64,000 nucleotides of DNA. Origin: Octopus sinensis. Taxonomy: Eukaryota. Position 1 is the first letter of the stretch, and every line of letters begins with the position of its first letter. The notes beneath the pieces are model-generated. The model saw only the letters and a program-made list of their open reading frames with translations. It did not search any database and had not been told where the DNA came from. The position numbers and the translations under genes were made by a program. Below are positions 38,412-51,872 of the stretch, piece after piece. The stretch spans positions 16,802,001-16,866,000 of the forward strand of contig NC_043008.1 in assembly GCF_006345805.1 (NCBI RefSeq), in the 5' to 3' direction.

Positions 38412-39486
38412 ATGTATGTATGTGTGTGTGTGTGTATATAATTTCGATGTGTTACACTGATCTGTTATGCTAAAATTGATTGCCTCTCCATTCCCAAATC
38501 TAATACTATGGTATGTAGAAAAATAAGCATACGTTGGTGAACATAATTCTGGATACACACAGCAATGATATTGTTATGCTTAGAGCACACATGATAATAT
38601 TTGTTGGCTAAAATATAGTCGAGCAAAATAACATCAATAACTGCTGCGAAATGGCTATTGAACTTTATTGAAAGCTATAAAATTTGCTTAAGAGCAGTGA
38701 CTATATTCTGTAATTTTTTCGTTAACTAAAACATTCGAGAGGCAATTGAAACAGGTCTAATCTTGAAACACGACCTGAAAAAAGTATGACAAACGCCATT
38801 TACTTTTCATGAAAAGGCAAGAGTAGACACATATACAGACACACAAAAGCGCGTACACGCACGCTCAGCACACGAGAACACACAAATATACACAACGTTT
38901 CATATATTAATGGATTTAGCTAAACGATAGTTATGTACAAGTAAAGTGAGCCGCCAATAAAATGCATTTGGTCACAGTATATTCTAGTTCTGGTGATGAT
39001 TGAAATTGAAGCCAAGATTACTACACAAAGAATCTCTAAGATGTGATGTAACTAAACACAAAATGGCGTTTACTCAAACACTAAGCCTTTGTTTATTTTA
39101 CTGTATTCGTTCCTTTTACATGCTGCAATAAATTTACCGCCCAGAAGATTTATTATAATGCCTACGGAACCAATCTAACTCTCTGGTATACAATCGTGTA
39201 TTATTTGCTTATCCAATAACAGTATTACGCTGTTAGAAACTACACCGATAATTCACTATTCTGTTAATACCGAGGAAAATATAACGCTGTTAATGTTTAC
39301 GTTCAACAGATTCCACGTTGGCATAAGTTAGAAGCATTCCTATTCTTATTCTGTTCTTGCAGCTGCTGCCACGAATGCAGTTGTCTGCTATAATCTTGTG
39401 TCAACGATAACGAAGTAAACCTATGACCAACGAAGCAAACCTATGACTATCCTCAACTATCTTCAAACAGTATATTCGGAACCTTT

Positions 39487-39771
39487 GGAGATGTGCTTGT
39501 CTGTCAAGTAATTTGATCTGAGAGCAGGTTGAAACTAAAACAATCAGAGCGCGGAAGGCACATTCTATTATTCTTTTATTCTTTTATTTGTTTCAGTCAT
39601 TTGACTGAGGCCATGCTGGAGCACCGCCTTTAATCATCAAATCGACCCCAGGACTTATTCTTTGTAAACCTAGTACTTATTCTATCAGTTCCTTTTGCCG
39701 AACCGCTAAGTTACGGGGACGTAAACACACCAGAGATTTTGGGGGGACAAACACAGATACACAGACACGAA

Positions 39772-39802
<31 letters not shown>

Positions 39803-40085
39803 TTACATATATACGACGGGCTTCTTTCAGTTTCCGTCTACCAAATTCACTCACAAAGCTTTGGTCGGCCCGAGGTTATAGTAGAAGAAACTTGCCCAAA
39901 GTGCCACGCAGTGGGACTGAACTCGGAGCCATGTGGTTGGTAAGCAAGCTACTTACCACACAGCCACTCCTGCGCCTATGGGCACATATTAGCCATTCAA
40001 AAAACAAAGCTATTAACTTTACTTAAACGTTTAAAATTTGGTGTTAACTTTTCGTCGCATGAACTGCGATCTGGTCACTGACGCG
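39487..40085 (-). mobile_element. Degraded H3 element interrupted by a group B SINE
   Basis: 39487-39563 and 39981-40085 align to 12021-12210; hammerhead-like core GTGACCA at 40072-40078 (minus). Confidence 0.65.
39564..39976 (-). mobile_element. SINE group B, full length, with candidate TSD GGCACAT
   Basis: Colinear with other group B copies; GGCACAT at 39557-39563 and 39981-39987. Confidence 0.9.
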
Positions 40086-40193
40086 GATACACAGCAACTC
40101 GAAACTATCGTCGAGATATCCCCTGCCTTTTTCTTTTCTTTTTTCTGTAGCTTATGCGGCGGCTAGCTTCAGAGGTATCTATCTTGTAATAAA

Positions 40194-40430
40194 GGCGGCG
40201 AGCTGGCAGAATCGTTAGCACGGCCGGCGAAATACTTAGCGGCATTTCGTCTACCGCTACGTTCTGAGTTCAAATTCCGCCGGGGGTCGACTTTGCTTTT
40301 CATCCTTTCGGGGTCGATTAAATAAGTACCAGTTACGCACTGGGGTCGATATAATCGACTTAATTCGTTTGTCTCTCCTTGTGTATCCTCTCTGTGTTTA
40401 GCCCCTTGTGGGTAGTAAAGAAATAGGTAT
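40194..40430 (+). mobile_element. SINE group A, young full length, with 16-bp TSD
   Basis: AGGTATCTATCT(T/A)GTA at 40173-40188 and 40425-40440. Confidence 0.95.
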
Positions 40431-40731
40431 CTATCTAGTATTTCTATACTGTGAACTGTGCTACTTATTTCGAGACAGGAATATCTACCAAATAGTAATT
40501 CTTAATTGGTAGTCGAGGATCGATAGCAATGCACATCAGGAAATAAAGTAAATTGTTCCAGCGGTTGCTAATGACATTACTGGACCACTCTGTATGATTG
40601 GTAAGAGTTACGTACGATCGCTGTGGTTGCATTTTGGCATTCTGTACTCGTTAATTTATTGTTTGCTTAGTAATTTCATTATTGCATGATGGTCTAAGGT
40701 TTTGACCTCACGATCCCTGGTTCCATCACCA

Positions 40732-40765
<34 letters not shown>

Positions 40766-40910
40766 CATTATTGGAAGTGAAGGAAGTGCTTTCGTCGAGT
40801 AAATGTGTCAAAGATTGGGTTTCCGTGGAAAATATTGTTAGGCTGAATGCAACTATCCTAAGGACATCTGAGTTATACGGTATCTGTGGTGTACTTCGAT
40901 ATCATTATCA

Positions 40911-40960
<50 letters not shown>

Positions 40961-40963
40961 AAC

Positions 40964-41020
<57 letters not shown>

Positions 41021-42951
41021 TTTCTAGAAAAAGGTATTTTGCCAAATATTTGGACGACCTTACATTTATATGGTGCTCCATAATATGTTAGACATAGCTG
41101 TTACGGATGTAGAAAAGGATAAGAAAAATGATGGCAACGACCCATTTTTTTTTCGACCCAATTACGTTCAAATTACTTATTCTAATAATACTTCTTTCAG
41201 AACAGGCATGAACGATGCACAGTATTTATTTCAGATGAATTCCTTAATATGATATATGAACATCGCTAACATGAATATATCTTTTGTTGTGGTCAGTTTC
41301 CTTTCTCGTTGCTTTCTTTAATTGTTTCTTTTTATATTCTTTTCCTTCCTTTGATATTATCACGCGTTAAAACGTTGATTAAAGAAGGGTGAAATCACAA
41401 TATCAAAGCTGCTGCAAGACTAGATATGTTAATATATTGACAATCCAGGTGAAAAAAAAAATTGCATGAAGATCCACTAAAGATATTGATCTTGCTTTTT
41501 CCTTTTTGTTTTGTTTTTTTCTTCGTAGAATAGGGCAAGGCAAAGATAAAGTTCAGTTATAGTTGTCGAACCTTGTTGCCAACCGTCGATAGTTCAAAAC
41601 TACACCATTTACTTTCAACTCTTCATGTTTTCTTGTTAATGTTTTCTTTAGATTTTATATTCAACAATTTATTTCTATTTCTTGCAATCTTTCTTTATGC
41701 TACATTGAGCCATTCAGTTCAAAAGAGCTCCGAGAAAAATATTACTAAGATGTTATGGCTTTGTATAATTTTTTTTTATTTGTATATTATCATTATTTTG
41801 TTTGTAACCTTAGAATGATATTCGCTTGTACAACACATTCACGGTGGCTGCGATAGTGGACACATTACAATAACAGCTGCTTCAAACATTCTATTCTCTC
41901 AAGCACCTTCGTTCAGAATTATAAAGCCGGGTCAGTAGTAGACTTTATCTTCTCAACTATATCAAACGATAAAGTAACAGTTCAAAGAGTTCCATAAAAT
42001 TATGGGTTTTCTTTTTAGCAATAGCTAAACGCCGGGTTTCATACATACACATACAAACAAGCGCACTCTCACATTGGCAGAAACATGCCCAAACATAAAC
42101 AATTGTATTTGTATACATTATACATACATGCGTACATATACACCTATTTATATTTAAACAATTACTTCTAGCACTATATAAATTGATATGTATGAATATA
42201 TATAAGCATACATTTTTGTTAAGTTAGGCATAGCCTAAAAATCATATATGCATTGTGCACTTATTTTATCTTTTTACATCAATATGCTTTTACACTTTTG
42301 CAAGATTCCATTGCATTTTGCTTGGAACAGTAACACTTCCCAAATCTGACCAGCGTTTGTAGACAGTCATGGTCTCATCTTCTGGAAGAAGTAATGCGGG
42401 CGTATTACAATCAACTTTGTAAATCAATCTAATCTTTATAAATCGTTGTATATCGCTGGATTCGGGGTAACAGATTTAACATTTTGCCGGGCGAGGTTTT
42501 CGTTTATCCGTTTATTTCACGATAGGTATGCCATTGATCTACGTAAAATACATTAAGTATTATACCATAATTGTAAGTCTGCATTTCGGTAGTCTGTATT
42601 CTCTATCACTCGTTCAGTCATTGGTAAACGGATATTCTACGTCAAAGGTCGCAATGTTGCTTACTTTCACACGACGAGAACAGCCAGTTATATGTCCGGA
42701 ATAACTATTCTGGCCTGTAAGTCGCTCCGATGCTGATATACGCGGTCATTCAGTCGAATGACTACGATTCGTGGAGTTCGGTTCAACTCGTTTAAATTAA
42801 GCAACGCATAAACACATACGAATGCGCACGCACACAAACACACAGACACGTACACGCACACAGACACACATATACACACATACACACACACTCACATACA
42901 CTCATACACACACTAAATTCGCGCGTAACTGTATCATCACATATGTACATA

Positions 42952-43171
42952 TACGAGGGGTGATGAAAACTTCCTGGTTTAAAGGATGTCGCGAAAGGCC
43001 TGGTTCAAAGCCCAACATACCTAGTTCTTTAACAGAGCTTAAAAGAACTGAAGAACGGCTGCAATAAGTGTGTAAATCTGAAAGGGAAATCTGTTGGATA
43101 AAATCATATTTAACTGATCTCCCTGTATTTTCTTTTAACTAAAGTAAGAACATTTTCGTCACTGCCTCGTA
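42952..43171 (+). mobile_element. Mariner-derived MITE, TA-flanked
   Basis: TIRs TACGAGGGGTGATGAAAACTTCCTGG and GAACATTTTCGTCACTGCCTCGTA; retains a transposase C-terminus-like LQ*/CNKCVNLKGKSVG* stretch; second copy at 13969. Confidence 0.85.
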
Positions 43172-43596
43172 TTTCTGAGTGTGTGTGACTGTTGATCACG
43201 TGTAGGAAAGCGCGTGTGCATGTGTGTATGAGTATTGGTCTGTATGATCAAAACCAGCGCCAGCGCAAAAGCCGTGTTGTTGCATAAAACAACGATACTT
43301 AATTGGAGTCAACAGTTACAGAATGATGGAATGACTTGCAGACTGATATAAGTGCGCCTTGTTATGATCCACGTAAAAACCTTTGATGATGTTTCCTAAC
43401 ATGGCCGCAATTTAATAACTGAAACGATTGAAGGAAAATATGTGTGTATGTTTGTGTGAGTATGCATTTGTGTGTGTGTGTGTGTGTGTGTGTCTGTGTG
43501 TGTATGCGTGTGTTTGTGTGTGTGTGTATGTGTGTATCTATGTATGTATGAATGTATTCATATTTGTAGGTATGAATATATATATGTGTATGTATG

Positions 43597-43627
<31 letters not shown>

Positions 43628-43819
43628 ATATATTCAGATGTATGTTTGTATGTATATACCTTTATTTGGTATGTATCAATTTTCACAGGAGTATATATAA
43701 ATATATATAAATATATATATATATGTATATATATATATCTATATATATTTGTATATATATATGTATATATATTTGTATATATATATATGCATATATATAT
43801 GTGTATGTATATATATGTG

Positions 43820-43897
<78 letters not shown>

Positions 43898-44558
43898 CAG
43901 CTTGAAAAGTAATATTCGTTTTGTTTTGTAGTGGTTAGATATACGAAAACGAATTGAGGAAAAGATACGTGTTCTTCCAAAACGACAATGATTGATCACA
44001 TTTTTATGTTGCAAAATATGAAACAACGATTCTCTTTAGCATTTCATTACAATAAAGAGAGGTCAGAGAGAGAAAGACAAAGAAAGAAAGAAAGAAGAAA
44101 GAAAGAAAGAGACAGACGGAGAGAGGCAGATTGACGGTGATAGAATCATGAGAAGGGGAAGAGAGATGGAGGAGAAGTTAGATGAAAATGAGAAAGAATA
44201 ATGTCACTCGCTATGGACAAAGATGAACGCAACGTAAAGTGGAGCTTAGTAAAACGTTTCGATTTTGTGTCAATGCCGACAGACATAATTTAGAAGCCAT
44301 CTACTGACTCAGTAAACCGAAAGAAACAGAAGCAATAAACTAGAAATTAATTAGAATTATATTACATTTAAACTAGTTACATTAATCGCTTCCATTTCTC
44401 TTTTTTTCTCTATTCATTTATTTAATTAATTATTTATATTGTTTTCGTTTCTTTGGGGTGATATTTTTTTTGCTTCATTATTTCTGCTGAATTTCTTAAT
44501 ATTTATTTCTATTTAATTATTCCTTTAGCTAAATTATTTTGTTTATTATTGTTTTCAG

Positions 44559-44655
44559 ACATAAATTGTGGAGATCAGTAGAATCTCTACAGTTTATCAA
44601 TGGCAAAAGTCGAACAAATTTAGAGTTAGATGTAGAAACAGATGCCACAGAGATA
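44559..44655 (+). CDS. Candidate internal coding exon (97 nt), product unknown: (R)HKLWRSVESLQFINGKSRTNLELDVETDATEI
   Basis: Long T-rich tract ending TTGTTTTCAG at 44558; only one frame is open; GTAATT donor at 44656; non-repetitive, protein-like composition. No partner exons were found. Confidence 0.45.
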
Positions 44656-44684
44656 GTAATTAGTAGTAAAACTTTTGGGGTTTC

Positions 44685-44724
<40 letters not shown>

Positions 44725-44998
44725 TATTATTATTAGCTGGGCGAAATTGTATCTATTCATGAAACATCTCTTATATATAGCAAGACTGATTAAGTTTATG
44801 GGTATCCATAAGCATTCATATATGTATGTTTGTGCGTATGAAATTATGTTTGTACTAATGCAATTACATTACAAAACCGGACCTCTTATCCGGTTTCTAG
44901 ATATCCGGGAAACTGTGCTATGCAATAATTACATAAAATACATGCAAACATATATGTATATGTGTATGTTTGTATGTGCATGTTTGTGTATGTATACA

Positions 44999-45056
<58 letters not shown>

Positions 45057-45128
45057 CACATACATACATGCATATATATGTAGGTATATATATATATACG
45101 TATTTACATACATATATATATATATACG

Positions 45129-45388
45129 TATCACCGTGATCACCGTGACCGACCAGACTATCAGATATTGCTACACATCGCTGGTCACAATACGCTTCGC
45201 ATTGGTTTAGCCTTCAAATGACGCTACCCCGCTGGCTAAACGAGCTGGCCAATAAAAGAAAGAGTGAGAGAAAGTTGTGGCGAAAGAATACAGCAGGGAT
45301 CACCACCAACCCCTGCCGGAGTGTCCTGCAGCTTTAGGTGTTTTCGCTCAATAAACACTCTCAACGCCCGGTCTGGGAATCGAAATCA
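45129..45388 (-). mobile_element. SINE group D, tail type 4, ending in a TCACGGTGA tandem
   Basis: Group D body at 45255-45388 plus a distinct tail. Confidence 0.8.
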
Positions 45389-45791
45389 TCCATTGCTTGT
45401 TCTAAGCAATTTTAAAAACTGCTGGATCCGTCATTCACTAGACGTCAACAGAGAGAAAAAGAGAAAATGAGAATAAAATTTAGTTATGGATGAGTGCTTT
45501 ATTTATCGACCAATCATAGATTAACGGCAAAGTTGATATCATTTGCACTAGGTGCCTAGAGAGCCAGAATGAACACGGCAAAGCATTCTCTTATACAAAT
45601 GATTCAGTTATTTAATGCATATATATAGACAGATCAGTCTATAGCGTATTGAGAAACCATCTATGTCGTATTCAAATCTTCAAGGGTTGCCTAAGTTTTG
45701 TAACAGTATCGAACGGTGTCAATTTGAGAATGAAGTAACGTCCTCCGTTTGCGGCAAGCCTTTAATTCAATATTCAAGTATTTAATTCCAC

Positions 45792-46297
45792 GGGCATGAC
45801 TGTGATTAACCTCGCTTTACGATCATACAGTTTCGAGTTCTGTCCCACTGCGTGACACCGTTCGCAAGTATCTTCTACTATTCATTTACACACGTTGACA
45901 ACCGGTTTTGGTTTGTTTACGTCCCCGTAGCAGTAGCGGTTCTACATAAGTGATGTATATACAATGAGTACCATGTAGTGCTTAGACATATTGATCGACA
46001 AAACGATAAAAGGCGGCGAGCTGGCAGAAACGTTAGCACGCCAGGCGAAATGATTAGCAGTATTTCGTCTGCGTTACGTTGTGAGTTCAAATTCTGCCTA
46101 GTTCGACTTTGCCCTTCATCCTTTCGGGGTCGATAAATTAAGTACCAGTTACGCACTGGGGTCGATGTAATCGACTTAATACCTATGTCTATCCTTGTTT
46201 GTCCCCCTCTGTGTTTAGCCCCTTGTGGGTAATAAAGAAATAGGTATAAGGCTGTGCACCAGCATGGCCACGGCCAAATGATTGAAACGAGTAAAAT
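45792..46297 (+). mobile_element. Old SINE group B interrupted by a group A copy
   Basis: Group B motifs on both sides of 46012-46247 (GTCCCACTGCGTGACACC...TTGACAACCG; GCTGTGCACCAGCATGGCCACGG). Confidence 0.7.
46012..46247 (+). mobile_element. SINE group A, young full length
   Basis: Colinear with 40194. Confidence 0.95.
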
Positions 46298-47004
46298 GTA
46301 ATCGGTATGCCATTAATAACTTTGGTAAATTAGATTTTAGTCCAAACAGTTTGTAGCAACTCTGGGAAAACCAAGCTAGAATTAATAGACAAAATGAAAC
46401 GAACAACTTCAATAGTTGTGAAAATTTTGAACCAATGTCGAAGACTGTTATTTTTGGCCACACATGTAAGTCAGCTACAGAGGGTATTAAATTTGATTAA
46501 AGAGAACATTAAAGCGACTTCGACAAGTAATTTCCTATCTCTAAGGGATAACAAATGTGAAGATGACGGTTATACTTGGATAATTTATTTCCACAAGCGC
46601 ATTAGAAGATTCTTGTTTGGTTGTTCGTAGGATACTGAAGCAGGCCTTCGAGAAAGATGTTGTTCTTGTGAACATAACGACTTCTAAATATAGGTTTAAA
46701 CTATCAATTGTAGGTTGTGTTTTCAGGGCCTTCAACTGCTATCTCTAGTAAGTCGGCTGACTACATGGAAACTCATTCCTGAGCCTGTGTGTTGACGATT
46801 TCTTACAGTGATTATGATATGACAGCAATTAATTTCTTTGCAGATTTTCTGTATACATGTCTGTGAACATACATAATGTTGTATAATAGGTATAATCGTT
46901 TATAATTATCTCTCTCTTTCTCTCTCTATCTTTCTCTCTCTCTCTTTCTATCTTTCTCTCTCTCTCTCTCTCTCTTTATATATATAGCGAGAGATAGATA
47001 GACA

Positions 47005-47079
<75 letters not shown>

Positions 47080-47158
47080 TAGATAGATATATAGATATAT
47101 AGATAGATAGATTAGATAGAGAGATAGATAGGTAGATAGATAGATGGATGGAAGGATT

Positions 47159-47196
<38 letters not shown>

Positions 47197-47239
47197 CGGG
47201 TGGATGAATAGATAGATAGATAGATATATAGATAGATAT

Positions 47240-47270
<31 letters not shown>

Positions 47271-47271
47271 T

Positions 47272-47340
<69 letters not shown>

Positions 47341-47346
47341 GAGATA

Positions 47347-47608
47347 TATGACATGATCCCACACTAATGGTTAAGCGAATTTTTGATTATATTCAGTATT
47401 ACAGACAACATAAGATAATTAATTAGGTGTAGCATGAAGAAATCGGAAGTAGATCTATACTCAGGTGACACGCACTTTGGGAAACTTAATATCAAAAGAG
47501 GAATTTTCCAAGGGTCTCGTCCCCTTTCCTTTTTGTTCAATGTTTGATACTCCTCAGTTTAGTATTAAGGATAGCATATAGTATTAAGAAAGTCAGGGTA
47601 TCAGTTCA
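47347..47608 (+). pseudogene. Dong/R4-clade non-LTR retrotransposon reverse transcriptase fragment
   Basis: YDMIPH*WLSEFLIIFSITDNIR*LIRCSMKK...GKLNIKRGIFQG, then after a frameshift SPFLFVQCLILLSLVLR; matches the KAYD.VPH.W and RGIFQGDSLSPLLF motifs. Confidence 0.85.
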
Positions 47609-48075
47609 GAAATAGCAGGGTCACCGGCTACAAAATCGATACCCCAACTAGGCTTGGTTGGTGCGGAGGGTTGCTAGAAATCCATTTTGACTAAAAACAA
47701 GAGCTGTCAAAAGGATATATGAAGCTAGTGCAGGTTCAATGCGCATCTAACAATAGCACAGGCTCTAGGAAATTCCGGCGTATTGCAAAATCCCCAGAGG
47801 TGAGGCACCCCTTCACTTTCCTTAAAGCATGTCTCTTGAACCTGCTGCAAACCCAGGCATCATCTGCCCCCTATAATCAGCGGTTACTTGGTCAGTGAAT
47901 CATTTACGACGGTTTGTAATCGACGGCAAGACTAAGCTGTTATGGATCGTATAATCCCAAAGCGTGGACTGCATGTGAAATCGTACTCCCACTAAAACCC
48001 CGAACGTGTGAACCCGTCGATCGGAACCGGTTCCAGCCATCCCGAGTTACTGCCGCTGCAAGTACAAGTAGTAAT
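47609..48075 (-). mobile_element. Possible internally deleted non-LTR element (UTR-like block plus R4-like C-terminus)
   Basis: Minus strand LQYAGI/ACAIVRCALNLH* loosely resembles the LQKA.LLGT..I.R..L C-terminus; GC-richer than its flanks; related block at 32945. Confidence 0.35.
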
Positions 48076-48908
48076 GATCTATTTAGTGTACGTTTGGTTC
48101 AACTTTATCATAAATATTCTCCCCGGCTTCACAAAAATATAATGCTATAACTGTAGAGCGGGGGGGAAAATAATAAACAATTTGCGCAGAGAAACTAATA
48201 GAGCCTCATTATTGGTCGAACTGTAATGTTACAAATCATTCTCATAATTTCTGTGGGAATCACAGAAGCTTGCAAAATATTGGTTCATTATTGGCGTGGA
48301 CGTCTTACTATTTCCTTCTTATTCTTGAAAATTAACCGGTAATGTTGTATTGCTGTTAAAGTTTGAAACTATCATAAATCAAGAAAATATTGCCGGTTAT
48401 GTTTGGTTAAGTTATAATAAATGATACGTTGAAATGTCATATATCACAGACATTTGCAAGATGCAAAACAATTTCAAAGAGAAATATTTCGCGAAACTGG
48501 CAACATCAAAGAATTGACAACTTCATTAAAAGCGATTCCTTCTTCTATAGACAAAAATATGAACTGCGTAATATGTAGAATATACTCTCTAATATAGTCT
48601 TCCTGTCAATCCCATTGGCTGGTGTCTTCATGATACATGATAGTAGTGTGTGTATGTCTGTGTATGTGTGTCTAGTTGTGAGTGTCTGTATATAATCTGT
48701 TTCAACGTCTGTACATGAGAGTACGTGTATGTCTTTATGGGTCTGTATATAGATATAAATATGTGTATGCATGTGAGTCTCTGTGTGTGCTTGTGTGTGT
48801 CTGTGTGCGTATAGCTGCGTATATGTCTGTGTATTATCTAAATGTGTTGGTGCTTTTGCGTAAGCTCATATTTATGTCTCTATGTGTTAGAATATGCGTG
48901 CATGAAAG

Positions 48909-48939
<31 letters not shown>

Positions 48940-49343
48940 ATACATGTGAGTGTGTATATGTAAATATATGTCAATTTGAGCATATACGTACACACAAAAA
49001 CGCAAACACATACACATGTAGAGGTGGAGAGAAAGAAGAATGTGGGAGAATGGAAGAAAAGAAAAGAAATACACAAATAATGAGAAAGATAAATACATGG
49101 CGAGTCTGTGATAACGTTAAAATGTGAAACGTTGAGTAAAGAACATTAGTCAGCTGGTAACATAAATTGTACTGTCAATATCATTAACACTTAACTCCCT
49201 ACTTATCAAACAGATGGCGTCTCTGAGTAACGAGTTTTAGTGGTTTTATTTTCAAAATATTTGTTCGTTTATAAAATATATGATCGTTTATAAGGTACTC
49301 GCTCAATATATTTTGAGAAAATTTCACATGTTTTGCTACAAGT

Positions 49344-49543
49344 TACCGTATATGCTGATATCTGAGACCTACTTTATATTTTTTTATATTTAAGCGCAAC
49401 AAAATTTATGGATAGGATATCCGGGTATGATGAAATATTCAATTCGCTCTTTTTTTTTTCCACGAAAATAGTATTTATCCGCAAAAAAATTATGTTCAAG
49501 TGTCTTATGCTTGAGTGCGTCTTATACATCGGCAAATACGGCA
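49344..49543. mobile_element. Tc2/pogo-like MITE (~200 bp)
   Basis: Left TA+CCGTATATGCTGATATCTGAGACCTACT matches the reverse complement of the right end CCGTATTTGCCGATGTATAAGACGCACT at 21 of 28 positions; CCGTATTT...TATAAGACGCA is the Tc2-type TIR. Confidence 0.75.
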
Positions 49544-49642
49544 TAACGCTGTATCCAGTGCTCTGATCTTACGATAGGAGAATCAATGACTACATGTGAT
49601 ATGCTAGAAATAACAGTCAACTACTACTATAATCACACACAC

Positions 49643-49876
49643 TACCTATTTCTTTACTACCCACAAGTGGCTAAAGACAGAGGGGACAAACAAGGACAGA
49701 CAAAAAGATTAAGTCGATTACATCGACTCCCAGTGCGAAACTGGTGCTTAATTTATCGACCCCGAAAGGATGAAAGGCAAAGTCGACCTCGGCGGAATTT
49801 GAATTCAGAACGCAGCAGCGGACGAAATACCGCCAAGCGTTTTGCCCGGCGCGCTAACGATTCTGCCAGTTCGACG
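49643..49876 (-). mobile_element. SINE group A, young, with TSD CACACTACC
   Basis: TSD at 49638-49646 and 49877-49885. Confidence 0.95.
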
Positions 49877-50762
49877 CACACTACCGTCTTCAAAAAGAGA
49901 GATAAAGGACATGCGAGATAATATTCAAAACATAGACTGCTAAAAATTGAATAACTATGAGGATTGATCTGCTCCATCAAGGCTGAAATGAAACTTAAGG
50001 AGAAGAGAGAAACCACCGCTGATGTATAAAATATATATATATATTGCTTATCATGAAATGGGTATGCGAATGTTATTCATAACATAACTTAAATAATACA
50101 AAAAGCTTCAAAGACCGCTATTGCTCGTAGGTTATTTTTATGTCAGGAGAATATCTCTGGTAGATATTTCTGGTTACAAAGCAAGTTTATGAAAGAAAAT
50201 ATGGTAAAATTCTTACTCGTAAAGATCGTAAATCTATGAAAATAATCTGCATTGGTAATGACCTAGAATGTGAATAGAATCCAGTTCACCATGCTATTTA
50301 GGAAGCAATGCATGGATGAATAGATATTCATAAAAATAGACAACCACAACTAAAGAAGCTATACTGTATATTCATTTATATACATACATACATACACACT
50401 ACACACACACACATACACATTATTCCTTTAGGTTTCATAACTTTTGTAAATAACTCCTGTTGGGTGGTTAAAGCGAAGGCCAAATTTTGTGCAATAACAC
50501 TGTGATATCTCATTCATCCATCCATCCATCCATCCATCTATCCATCTATCCATCTATCCATCCATCAATCCATCCGTCTATCCATCCATCCATCCATGCA
50601 ACGTTACATACATACATACAGACAGAGAGATAGACAGATAGGTAGATATGTAGGGAAATAGTTTGGTGGTTGGTTGGGCAGACAGACAGAAAACAAACAG
50701 ACATACAGACAAACAGAGAGACACACAAGAAGACAGTCAGATAGATAGATAAATAGATAGAT

Positions 50763-50856
<94 letters not shown>

Positions 50857-51458
50857 TCTGTAGGCAGATGTTGTTGATAGATAAACAGGCAAAGAGAATG
50901 GCAGACAGAACAACAGACAGATAGATGCATGTTGTATTTCTGAAGAGTCATACCATAAATGTTTTAAAATAGTCCCACCAGTTTTTAGTCGTATTTGCAT
51001 AAAGTAAGACAACTAAGCGAACAACATCCGCCGAGTAGATGTAGCTCAAGGTTATATTTAGGTAGCCTTACCGTTAGATATTTATAGAAGTTTCATCATA
51101 CAGCTTCAGATCAAAAGTCTTGCAAAACAAATTCTAAACCGAAACATATACGAACATATATATTAATACACAGTTTAGTTTATTCAAGAAACAGGATTAC
51201 GGGCAAAGTTTTGAGTGGTAATGCAAGAGAATCTGTTTCTGATAAACAATGTTGTAGCGTATACATTGAATTTTGAAGTGTTTTCTAATTAGTTTAGAGT
51301 AGATTTTGGTCAATAAAATTAAATCTCAAACAGTCACGTATCTCCTTAAAATCATAACTAACACGACCCAGATATTTCTCCAATTATCTTCTTTTTCATA
51401 ACAAATGTATGTCTATATATGTATATATATATATTATATATATATATATATATATATC

Positions 51459-51624
51459 AATACACACCAAAGTAAGCACATAAATGTGGAACAGTGGGGG
51501 GTGTAATAGTAGTCAACTACCGGGGTACTCGAATCTAAACTCTCCGACGAACAAGGACGTGAATCTCTGAGTAGCATTTTTCTGTGATAATTTTGTGTTT
51601 TTGCAGTTTTAATAATATTAAAGT
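51459..51624. mobile_element. Family H4 element in inverted arrangement within (TA)n
   Basis: The left part is the reverse complement of 53735-53767; the right part matches 53622-53695, including CCGACGA...CTCTGAGTA. Confidence 0.65.
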
Positions 51625-51649
51625 ATATATATATATATATTATATATAT

Positions 51650-51702
<53 letters not shown>

Positions 51703-51823
51703 GTATGTATGCATGTATGTATGTATATAGTTTACCAATCCAGACGAATCGATCTATTAATGTATATATAACTTTACATTTAATCATTCGAAACGTTGTC
51801 TATTATTAAAGCGACACGCTGTT

Positions 51824-51872
<49 letters not shown>

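Noticed and set aside
42665-42714. Minus-strand 50-nt exon candidate (CAG|...|GTAAGC)
   Set aside because: Good donor but no polypyrimidine tract, and the peptide QNSYSGHITGCSRRVK is unrecognised.
48044-48070. GAGTTACTGCCG..CAAG resembling a twister ribozyme core
   Set aside because: The P4 partner and the downstream P2/P1 strands are missing.
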